Source of the DNA: Candidatus Acetothermia bacterium | Lineage (GTDB): Bacteria; Bipolaricaulota; Bipolaricaulia; Bipolaricaulales; Bipolaricaulaceae | Direction of reading: 5' to 3' | Length of the DNA: 64,000 nt | NCBI GenBank assembly: GCA_003562845.1 | Contig: PWTL01000087.1 | Location: 1,216-65,215, forward strand | In this document: one piece after another, positions 33,487-41,302 of the stretch | Layout of the letters: each line of letters begins with the position of its first letter | Numbering within the stretch: the first letter of the stretch is position 1 | Notes under the pieces: model-generated | Database searches by the model: none | What the model saw: only the letters and a program-made list of their open reading frames with translations | Told to the model about the DNA's origin: nothing | Program-made: the position numbers and the translations under genes

Positions 33487-34343
33487 GCGGCACGCTGACC
33501 AACGCGGTGAGTGAGGCCTTGGGCAGGGCGGCCACAGCACTGCCGACGGACGTGGTGCGGGCATTGGAGGCTGCCCGCGATAGGGAAAGCGGGCCGGCCC
33601 GCGTACAGCTCGAGGCCATTTTGCGGAACGTGAACGTGGCCCGGGAGGGCGCGGTGCCCATCTGTCAGGACACAGGGACCGTGACTTACTTTGTGAAGTT
33701 TGGAGTGCGCTTTCCCCGGCTCGCGGAGCTCCGGGAGGTGTTGGAGGCCGCCACTCGCAGCGCAACGGAGACAGTCCCCCTACGGCCGAACACGGTACAT
33801 CCGTTCACTGGGGCCAACCCGGGGGACAACACAGGGGAGTACATCCCTGCGGTGACGTGGGAGCCAGTGGACGGGGACGAGGCCGAAGTGCACATCCTGC
33901 CCAAAGGAGGCGGTTCGGAGAACTGCTCAGCACTGAAGATGCTCACCCCGTCTGCGGGGATGAAGGGCGTCCTGGAGGCAGTGGCGGACCACGTCGTGTC
34001 CCGGGAGGGAAAGCCCTGCCCCCCCACCGTGATCGGCGTAGGGATCGGGGGGGGAGCGGACATGGCGCTGAAGCTGGGCAAGCGGGCCCTGCTGCGGCCC
34101 GTGGGAACCCGACACCCGGAACCGGAGGTGGCCCGGCTCGAGGAACAGCTGGAGAGGCTGATCAACGCCTCTGGAGTGGGCCCCATGGGCCTCGGTGGGG
34201 AAACGACAGTGCTGGCCGTGCACGTGGAGTACGCGCACCGCCATCCGGCATCTCTCCCCGTGGGGATAGTTGTCCAGTGCTGGGCCGATAGACGAGCGGC
34301 CTTGCGTATCGGGCCTGACGGCAGCGTAACGACGATTGGATGA
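33483..34343 (+). CDS. Class I (Fe-S) fumarate hydratase alpha subunit (fumarase/tartrate dehydratase family)
   Basis: VPICQDTGT, ILPKGGGSEN and CPPTVIGVGIGGG. 286 aa, with a 4-nt overlap with korB. Confidence 0.85.
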   Translation: MSGTLTNAVSEALGRAATALPTDVVRALEAARDRESGPARVQLEAILRNVNVAREGAVPICQDTGTVTYFVKFGVRFPRLAELREVLEAATRSATETVPLRPNTVHPFTGANPGDNTGEYIPAVTWEPVDGDEAEVHILPKGGGSENCSALKMLTPSAGMKGVLEAVADHVVSREGKPCPPTVIGVGIGGGADMALKLGKRALLRPVGTRHPEPEVARLEEQLERLINASGVGPMGLGGETTVLAVHVEYAHRHPASLPVGIVVQCWADRRAALRIGPDGSVTTIG

Positions 34344-34395
34344 GTTCCTTGGGTTCCTTAGGGTTTGTGGGGACTGGGGGACTGGGAGGTGAACG

Positions 34396-34983
34396 ATGGA
34401 CAAAGTGCTGACCACCCCCATCGCTGAGCGCGACGTGCGGGAACTGCGTGTTGGTGATGTATTCTACGTCTCCGGAAGAATGTTCACCGCGCGGGACGCG
34501 GCGCACGAGATGATGCTCGAACGCGGGGCGCCGCTTCCGGTAGAGGGAATTCCGGTCTTCCACTGTGGGCCGGTGGTGCGCAAAACCGGCGCGGGGTGGG
34601 ATCTCCTCGCCGGCGGGCCTACTACCTCGGTGCGCATGGAGGGGCTGGAGGGGGACTTCCTGCGCAAGTTTCATCCCCGGGTCATCGTGGGGAAGGGGGG
34701 CATGGGAGAGAAGACGTTGGCCGCCCTATCAGAGGTGGGCGCTGTGTACACCCACTTCACCGGCGGGGCGGGAGCGTTGGCCGCCCAAGCAGTGAGCAAG
34801 GTGGAGGAAGTGTACTGGCTGGAGGAACTGGGTATTCCCGAGGCGATTTGGGTTCTTCAGGTAGAGAAGTTCGGACCGCTGGTGGTCACGATGGACTCCC
34901 ACGGACGTAGCCTGCACAGCGAGCTTGCCGCCAAGGTTGCCGAGAACATGAAGCGGGCCAAGGCGCAGTTCTTGAGCGAGTGA
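34396..34983 (+). CDS. Class I fumarate hydratase beta subunit
   Basis: VSGRMFTARDAAH, GPTTSVRME, GKGGMG and THFTGGAGA. 195 aa. Confidence 0.85.
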   Translation: MDKVLTTPIAERDVRELRVGDVFYVSGRMFTARDAAHEMMLERGAPLPVEGIPVFHCGPVVRKTGAGWDLLAGGPTTSVRMEGLEGDFLRKFHPRVIVGKGGMGEKTLAALSEVGAVYTHFTGGAGALAAQAVSKVEEVYWLEELGIPEAIWVLQVEKFGPLVVTMDSHGRSLHSELAAKVAENMKRAKAQFLSE

Positions 34984-34999
34984 ACGAAAGAGGAGGAGC

Positions 35000-36358
35000 A
35001 TGGAACCGCGTAAGCCTAGCGTAGAGGAGCTGTTGAACAAGGCCAAGGAACCGGCACGTAAAGCCCCCGCATGGCACGCTCATTACCGGGGAAAAGTGTC
35101 CGTGGCCCTGAAGTGCGCTATCACCGACTACCAGGATTTCGGGATCTGGTACACGCCTGGAGTGGCCCAGCCATGCCGGGAAATAGCCGAGGACCCGGAG
35201 AAAGTGTTCCAGTACACCAACAAGGGGAACTTTGTCGCCGTCGTCTCCGACGGGACGCGCGTGTTGGGATTGGGGGATATTGGCCCACAGGCCGCCCTTC
35301 CGGTGATGGAGGGGAAGGCCCTGTTGTTCAAGTACTTGGGCGGAGTGGATGCGTTCCCGGTGACCGTGGACACCAAGGACCCCGACGAACTCATCCGCAC
35401 CGTCAAGCTCATCGGACCGGCGTTCGGGGGTGTGAACCTGGAGGACATCGCCAGCCCCAAGTGTTTCCGCGTGCTGGACGAGCTGCGCCGGGAGATGGAT
35501 ATCCCCGTGTGGCACGATGACCAGCAAGGCACAGCCTCCATCACCTTGGCCGGAGTGCTGAACGCGCTGAAAGTGGTGGGAAAGGATCCCACGCGGGCCA
35601 CCTACGCTGTGATCGGTTCTGGTGCTGCGAACATCGCCTTCGTGCGGGTCCTCCTTACGTACGGAGTTCCCGCCGGCAACGTGATCATGGTCGACTCTAA
35701 GGGAATCCTGGAGCCGGGCCGGGAGGACCTGGAGCGGGGCAAGGAGGACAATCCCTACAAGTGGGATTACGCGCAGCGTACCAACGCCGAGCGTCGCAGG
35801 GGGGGCATGGCCGAGGCCTTGCAGGGCGTGGATGTTTGTGTGGCAGCCTCCAAGTCGGGTCCCGATGTGATCAATCCCGAGTGGATTCGAGGCATGGCCA
35901 AGGACGCGGTGGTGTTCGCCTGTGCCAACCCCGTTCCCGAAATTTGGCCCTGGGAGGCGGAGGAGGCGGGGGCGAGGGTCATCGGCACTGGACGCTCCGA
36001 CTTCGCCAATCAGATCAACAACTCCCTTGGTTTCCCGGGAATCTTCCGCGGGACGCTCGACGTGTTCGCCCGCACTATTACCGATGAGATGGCCATCGCC
36101 GCCGCTGAAGCCATCGCCCGCACCGCCGAAGAGAAGGGCCTGTCGGAAACGTACATCGTCCCCACGATGATGGAGTGGGAGGTGTACATCAACGTAGCAG
36201 TGGATGTGGCCCTGAAGGCCATCGAGCAGGGAGTAGCCCGCCGGGAACTCTCCAAGAGCCAACTCGAGGAGCGGGCGGCACAGGTGATCAAGCACGCGCG
36301 GCAGGAGACGGAGATTCTGATGAAGCAAGGACATATCTCTCAGCCGCCGAACGTGTGA
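35000..36358 (+). CDS. NAD(P)-dependent malic enzyme (short form)
   Basis: YTPGVAQPC, VSDGTRVLGLGDIGPQAALPVMEGKALLFK, NLEDIASPKCF and the dinucleotide fold VIGSGAANIA. 452 aa. Confidence 0.88.
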   Translation: MEPRKPSVEELLNKAKEPARKAPAWHAHYRGKVSVALKCAITDYQDFGIWYTPGVAQPCREIAEDPEKVFQYTNKGNFVAVVSDGTRVLGLGDIGPQAALPVMEGKALLFKYLGGVDAFPVTVDTKDPDELIRTVKLIGPAFGGVNLEDIASPKCFRVLDELRREMDIPVWHDDQQGTASITLAGVLNALKVVGKDPTRATYAVIGSGAANIAFVRVLLTYGVPAGNVIMVDSKGILEPGREDLERGKEDNPYKWDYAQRTNAERRRGGMAEALQGVDVCVAASKSGPDVINPEWIRGMAKDAVVFACANPVPEIWPWEAEEAGARVIGTGRSDFANQINNSLGFPGIFRGTLDVFARTITDEMAIAAAEAIARTAEEKGLSETYIVPTMMEWEVYINVAVDVALKAIEQGVARRELSKSQLEERAAQVIKHARQETEILMKQGHISQPPNV

Positions 36359-36434
36359 GGCTTGTCGGCACCGGGTGCAAGAGCCGTCCCCGGCGGTGTC
36401 TCAGGGCTCCTTGTACCCGGACGTGCCTGCGCTG

Positions 36435-36638
36435 TTACTCAGAGGGGGGCCGGCGGCGCCCCCTTCCTTGCACAGCGTCTTCCACGTGCTGCTCGATGTG
36501 GAGCACGGTGTGGCGAAGGGCGAGGCGCACCGCCGCATAGACGACTCCGCCCACTATGAGCATGGCCAAGAGCCAACCCACTCCCATGAGGAAACCGTGG
36601 CCGATCGCTGAGTCCCACATCGCCACCCATCCCTCCAT
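36435..36638 (-). CDS. Possible small membrane protein (hypothetical)
   Basis: ATG at 36638 gives the 67-aa protein MEGWVAMWDSAIGHGFLMGVGWLLAMLIVGGVVYAAV, with one TM segment. The RBS is weak and the 3' end coincides with a GC hairpin, so it may be spurious. Confidence 0.3.
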   Translation of the reverse strand: MEGWVAMWDSAIGHGFLMGVGWLLAMLIVGGVVYAAVRLALRHTVLHIEQHVEDAVQGRGRRRPPSE

Positions 36639-36751
36639 GTGTCGAGTGTAGGTCTCCTCCTGTGGGCGGCTCGTGCACGGGCGATGGAGCCGCAGTGGAG
36701 TTGGTGGGTGCCGGTCGGGACAGGTAGACTGGCGACGAGGAGCTGAGTGCC

Positions 36752-37996
36752 GTGGAGCTTGTGCTATTGGCAGTCGGGGTATTGCTGGGAGTGGCCGTGG
36801 GGTACCTGCTTGCGCGAGCACACCTCTCGCGAAGAGAGGGGGAGCTGCGGGTACAGCTTGCCGAAGCTTCCCAGGCCAGACGCGCCGACGCGGAGAAGCT
36901 CCAGTGGAGCGAACGGCGCGAGGCCCAGCTTCGTGAGGCTTTCCAGGCCTTGGCCAGCGAGGCGCTGCAGTCCAACGCCGACGACTTCCTCAAGCGAGCT
37001 CGAGAGCAGCTGTCGGCGATGCTCTCCCAAGTACGGGGCGACTGGTCCACGCACAAGGAAGAGCTCAAGGGATTGGTGCAGCCTTTGGAGAAGACGCTGC
37101 ACACGCTGGACCAGCAGGTTCGACAGTTGGAACAGCGTAGAGAAGGGGCGTACAAGGGATTAGAGGAGCACCTTCGGCAGTTGGGGGAGGCACAGCGGCA
37201 GTTGCAGTCGACCACCATCACCCTGTCCCAGGCCCTCAAGGCGTCCTCCGTCCGGGGAAGGTGGGGGGAGTTCCAGCTCCGGCGGGTGGTGGAGCTGGCG
37301 GGGATGATCCGGCACGTGGATTTCGCTGAACAAACCAGCACCGACGAGGGACGCCCGGACATGATCATCCACCTTCCCGGGGGAGGGGTTGTCCCCGTCG
37401 ACGCCAAGGCTCCTATGGAAAGCTATTTGAAGGCGGCGGAGGCCACCCAGGAAGAGGAGCGGCGGCGCCTTTTAGATTCATCAGTGCGTTCCTTGCGACA
37501 GAGAATGCAGGAGTTGGGGCGGAAGGCCTACTGGCAGCAGTTTGAGCGCACTCCGGAGCTGGTGATCATGTTCATCCCCAGTGAGGCGTACTTGGCCAGC
37601 GCCTTCGAGGCCGACCCGGGACTCTTGGAGTTCAGCATGGAACAGCGGGTGTTGGTGTCTTCGCCGGTCAACCTGTTGGCCCTGCTGAGAGCTGTGGCCT
37701 TCGGCTGGCAAGAGCACGATATATCCGAACAGGCGCGGGACATCACAGCCCAGGCCATGGAGCTATACAGGCGCTTCGTGACTGTGCTGCGACATGTGAA
37801 GAGCACTGGGGACTCAATCCAGCGGGTGGTTGCCGACTACAACAAGGTGGTGGGCTCCATTGAGGGGAGGGTGTTCCCGGCAGCGAGGAAGCTGGAGGAG
37901 TTCTCGGACGCAGAACTCCCGGATCTCGAACACGTGGAGCAGGAGTTGAGGAGACTGCACGCAGAAGGCGACGAGGAGAAGGGAGGGGAGGAGTGA
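36752..37996 (+). CDS. rmuC: DNA recombination protein RmuC
   Basis: N-terminal TM helix, a long coiled-coil, and a C-terminal RmuC nuclease-like domain (DMIIHLPGGGVVPVDAK, VIMFIPSEAY). GTG start. Confidence 0.85.
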   Translation: MELVLLAVGVLLGVAVGYLLARAHLSRREGELRVQLAEASQARRADAEKLQWSERREAQLREAFQALASEALQSNADDFLKRAREQLSAMLSQVRGDWSTHKEELKGLVQPLEKTLHTLDQQVRQLEQRREGAYKGLEEHLRQLGEAQRQLQSTTITLSQALKASSVRGRWGEFQLRRVVELAGMIRHVDFAEQTSTDEGRPDMIIHLPGGGVVPVDAKAPMESYLKAAEATQEEERRRLLDSSVRSLRQRMQELGRKAYWQQFERTPELVIMFIPSEAYLASAFEADPGLLEFSMEQRVLVSSPVNLLALLRAVAFGWQEHDISEQARDITAQAMELYRRFVTVLRHVKSTGDSIQRVVADYNKVVGSIEGRVFPAARKLEEFSDAELPDLEHVEQELRRLHAEGDEEKGGEE

Positions 37997-40089
37997 ACTG
38001 TTACGCGGTGATCCTAGCGGGGGGGAGGGGCGAGCGGTTGTGGCCGGTGGCTAGTGCGAAGTGTCCCAAGCCCTTGCTCCCTTTGGGCGGGGAAGGACGC
38101 AGCCTTCTGCGGGCAGCGTACGAGAGGGTGGCGCCGGTAGTAGGGGCTGCGGGAAAGGTGTACTTGGTCACCGATGCCGGGCAGGCCGGCCGCATGCGTG
38201 CAGCCTTGGACCTCCCCGAAGAACAGGTACTTGTGGAGCCAGAGGGACGTAATACGGCCCCAGCCATCGGGCTGGCTGCAGCCTATCTGAGCGACCGCGA
38301 TCCTCGCGCGGCGATGATCGTCCTCCCCGCCGACCATTTGGTGCGCAAGGAGGAGGAGTTTCGCCGCGTACTGCGGGCGGCGCTCGGCGCTGCCGCGCAA
38401 GGGCACCTGGTGACGCTGGGGATCCGTCCTACCTTCCCTGCCACAGGATACGGTTATCTCAGGCGCGGGACCAAACTCATGCAGTCGGAGGAGCGGGACG
38501 TATTTCGAGTGGCTGCCTTTGCGGAGAAGCCCGACCAGGACACCGCGCGACGGTACGTGGCCTCGGGAGAGTACAGCTGGAACTCTGGGGTGTTCGTGTG
38601 GAGGGTGGACCGCATCCTAGAGGAGATAGACCGTCACGTTCCCGACCTAGCGAAGGTGCTGGACGACCTCTCCCCGGAGCTTGTCTCTTCCCGCGGGGAT
38701 CCGGAGCTAGCGCGGCGCTGGGCGGAGATCGTCCCCGTATCCGTGGACTACGGAGTCATGGAGAAGGCCGGCGATGTGGCCATGATCCCCGCTGACGTGG
38801 GTTGGTCCGACGTCGGAGACTGGCACGCAGTGTGGGAGGCTTTGCAGCGTGGGGTCGGGGAAGTGGCCTCCTGGGGGAAGCATGTGGGGCAGGACACGGC
38901 ACGGTGTTTGGTGTGGACGACTCCGGGAAAAGTGGTGGCCACGCTGGGAGTGCAGGACGCCGCAGTGGTCGATACTCCGCACGCGCTGCTGGTCGCGGAT
39001 CTTGGGAGGACGCAGGAGATTCGGGCGCTCGCCAGAGAGGCCCGCCCCGCGGCCCCCGATTGGGAGGAGCTGCGGGGACATGATTCAGCGGGGATGCTAT
39101 CTGTATTGGAAGCCTTCCCCGTACAGTGTCGAGACGCCCTCGCTCGTGGCCAGGCGGCGGACGCGCCGGAGTCCTTGGCCGGTTTCAGGCGCGTGTTGTG
39201 CGCAGGGATGGGGGGCTCGGGGATTACGGGTGATCTTCTGGCCCGTCTGCTCACGGTGGAGGTGTCCCCGCACCGCGGCTATGACCTTCCACATACAGTG
39301 GACGAGGGCACGCTCTTGGTCGGTATCTCCTACTCGGGGAACACTGAGGAAACCTTGACTGCCTTTCGCCAGGGGCTGGAGAGGACTTCCAGGGCGATGG
39401 CCATCACCGCAGGGGGAGAGCTGGCGCGCCTCTGTGGGGAGCGGGGAATACCGTGGTTGGAAATCCCTTCGGGGCTGCAACCGCGGGCCGCCTTGGGGTA
39501 CCTGCTTCTCTCTTCTGTGCCCTGGTTCTCCGGCTGGGGAGTGCTGCGGTACGATGTCGGTCCGGCGCTGAAGCTCCTGGAAGATATGGCTGGCGAGCTC
39601 GCTCCGGGGAGATCGGGGAATGTGGCTCAACAGTTAGCCGAGAACCTGCACAACTGTGTGCCCCTGGTATACGCGGGAGATCCGCTGACCTCGGTGGCCG
39701 CGTTTCGTTGGAAGACTCAGATCAACGAGAATGCCAAGCAGCCGGCATTCTGGGCGGACCTGCCGGAGCTTTGCCACAACGAAATCGTGGGCTATGAGCT
39801 CACGCAGGCGCTGTTGCCGTCGGCGTGCGTGGTGTTCCTGCGCTCTTCCTTCGATCACCCGCGGGTACGAGCGCGCGTGGACATTCTCAAAGAGGTCCTG
39901 GACCGGAGAGGACTGCAGCACCTGGAGGTGTGGGCGCGGGGGGAGAGTCCGGCGGAGCAGTTACTGTCGCTACTGTACCTGGGCGACTGGACCAGCGCGT
40001 ACCTCGCGCTGAGAAACAGGGTAGACCCGTCGTCGGTGCAACCGATCGAGGAGCTAAAGGAGCGCCTGGGCAGTGGGCAGAGCTCGTGA
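37993..40089 (+). CDS. Fusion protein: mannose-1-phosphate guanylyltransferase-like NTP-transferase plus SIS-type bifunctional phosphoglucose/phosphomannose isomerase
   Basis: N-terminal half has AVILAGGRGERLWP...PKPLL, LPADH and GYGY. C-terminal half has AGMGGSGITGDL, GISYSGNTEET and FRWKTQINENAK (PGI/PMI family). 698 aa; the GTG start (37993) overlaps the rmuC stop codon (TGA 37994-37996). Confidence 0.8.
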   Translation: MNCYAVILAGGRGERLWPVASAKCPKPLLPLGGEGRSLLRAAYERVAPVVGAAGKVYLVTDAGQAGRMRAALDLPEEQVLVEPEGRNTAPAIGLAAAYLSDRDPRAAMIVLPADHLVRKEEEFRRVLRAALGAAAQGHLVTLGIRPTFPATGYGYLRRGTKLMQSEERDVFRVAAFAEKPDQDTARRYVASGEYSWNSGVFVWRVDRILEEIDRHVPDLAKVLDDLSPELVSSRGDPELARRWAEIVPVSVDYGVMEKAGDVAMIPADVGWSDVGDWHAVWEALQRGVGEVASWGKHVGQDTARCLVWTTPGKVVATLGVQDAAVVDTPHALLVADLGRTQEIRALAREARPAAPDWEELRGHDSAGMLSVLEAFPVQCRDALARGQAADAPESLAGFRRVLCAGMGGSGITGDLLARLLTVEVSPHRGYDLPHTVDEGTLLVGISYSGNTEETLTAFRQGLERTSRAMAITAGGELARLCGERGIPWLEIPSGLQPRAALGYLLLSSVPWFSGWGVLRYDVGPALKLLEDMAGELAPGRSGNVAQQLAENLHNCVPLVYAGDPLTSVAAFRWKTQINENAKQPAFWADLPELCHNEIVGYELTQALLPSACVVFLRSSFDHPRVRARVDILKEVLDRRGLQHLEVWARGESPAEQLLSLLYLGDWTSAYLALRNRVDPSSVQPIEELKERLGSGQSS

Positions 40090-41291
40090 CAGGACACGCG
40101 GACCGCGGGGGCGATGACGTGCCGGCACGTGCCGATGTTGTAGTGGTGGGCGGCGGGCCGGCCGGGACGTTGGCTGCTGCGGCGGCGGCAGCCAACGCGC
40201 ACACGGTACTCATAGAACGTGCCCCGAACCGTCCTGTTCGCTGCGCGGGACTGATCGGCCCGCAGGGGATGAAGGCCTTGGAACTCCCGCAGGGGCACGT
40301 TGTAGCCGAGATACGGGGAGTGGAGGTGTATGGCCCGCGTGGGTCACGTTTGGAGCTGGTTTCCTCTAAACCCAAGGGGTTCGTAGTTGATCGGGGGAGT
40401 CTCGACCAGTTGCTACTGCAGCGGGCCCGTGCGGCCGGGGTGGACGTGCGGGCGGGGGTGGCCGCCACCGGCTGGGAGCCGGGAAGGCTGTTCACCACCC
40501 GAGGAGTGGTGGAGGCCCCTGTGATAGTCGGCGCGGACGGCCCGCGCAGCGGGGTGGCGCGGTGGGGGGGGTTGCCCCCACCGCCGCGGCTCCTTGTCGG
40601 TCTGCAGCACGTTGTTATTGCGGACGGCCCGCAAGACCGGGTGGAGCTGTTCGTGGGTGGCGAACTCCCCTCGGGCTGTTTCGGCTGGACGGTCCCTGCT
40701 GGTTCGGGGAGAAGCCGAGTAGGCGTGGCCACGCCGCGGGGACGTGAGGGGCCCGGGCTGCTGCAACGCTTAGTGGACCGCCGCTTCCCGGACGCGCCGA
40801 CGGTGGACCGCACCGCCGGGCTGATACCTGTGGGAGTGCCGGATAAGACCGTCGGTCCTGGGGTGCTGCTCGTCGGGGATGCTGCGGGACAGGTGAAGCC
40901 ACTGAGCGGAGGAGGCTTGTACTACGGGGCGATCTGCGCTCGCCTGGCGGGACAGTGCGCTGCGCGAGGCCCGGACCACCTGGGGGAATACGAGAGGCGC
41001 TGGCGGGAGGAGCTCGGGGAGGAGATTTCCTTCGGGCTTGCGGTTCGTCGCCTGGTGGAGGATCTGTCCGAGGAGGAGCTGGTCGGGGTCCTGTCGGTCC
41101 TGTGCGGGACGAGGGTAGCCTCCTTTTTGGCGCAGGAGGGGGACATTGATCGGCCCGGCGCGCTGCTGGAGGAGATGCTCCGGCGGCCCTCTCTGTGGGC
41201 AGAAGGGTTACCTCTGTTCAGCGTTCTCGGAGGGTGGAAACGTGTACACGAACTCGTGTCGGGGTTGCGCTCTCCTTGGGACAAGGCCTAG
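40086..41291 (+). CDS. Geranylgeranyl reductase-family FAD-dependent oxidoreductase
   Basis: The in-frame GTG at 40086 overlaps the upstream stop. VVVVGGGPAGTLAA, IVGADGPRS and LLVGDAAGQVKPLSGGGLYYG. The ORF-track N-terminus (39825) lies inside the previous gene. Confidence 0.75.
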   Translation: MTGHADRGGDDVPARADVVVVGGGPAGTLAAAAAAANAHTVLIERAPNRPVRCAGLIGPQGMKALELPQGHVVAEIRGVEVYGPRGSRLELVSSKPKGFVVDRGSLDQLLLQRARAAGVDVRAGVAATGWEPGRLFTTRGVVEAPVIVGADGPRSGVARWGGLPPPPRLLVGLQHVVIADGPQDRVELFVGGELPSGCFGWTVPAGSGRSRVGVATPRGREGPGLLQRLVDRRFPDAPTVDRTAGLIPVGVPDKTVGPGVLLVGDAAGQVKPLSGGGLYYGAICARLAGQCAARGPDHLGEYERRWREELGEEISFGLAVRRLVEDLSEEELVGVLSVLCGTRVASFLAQEGDIDRPGALLEEMLRRPSLWAEGLPLFSVLGGWKRVHELVSGLRSPWDKA

Positions 41292-41302
41292 ACTAACTGG
41301 CC

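Noticed and set aside
36449-36470. GC-rich hairpin (GGGGGC-loop-GCCCCC) as the terminator after the malic enzyme gene.
   Set aside because: The stem is short, there is no U-tract, and it lies about 90 nt past the stop inside a candidate small ORF. The evidence is too weak to annotate.
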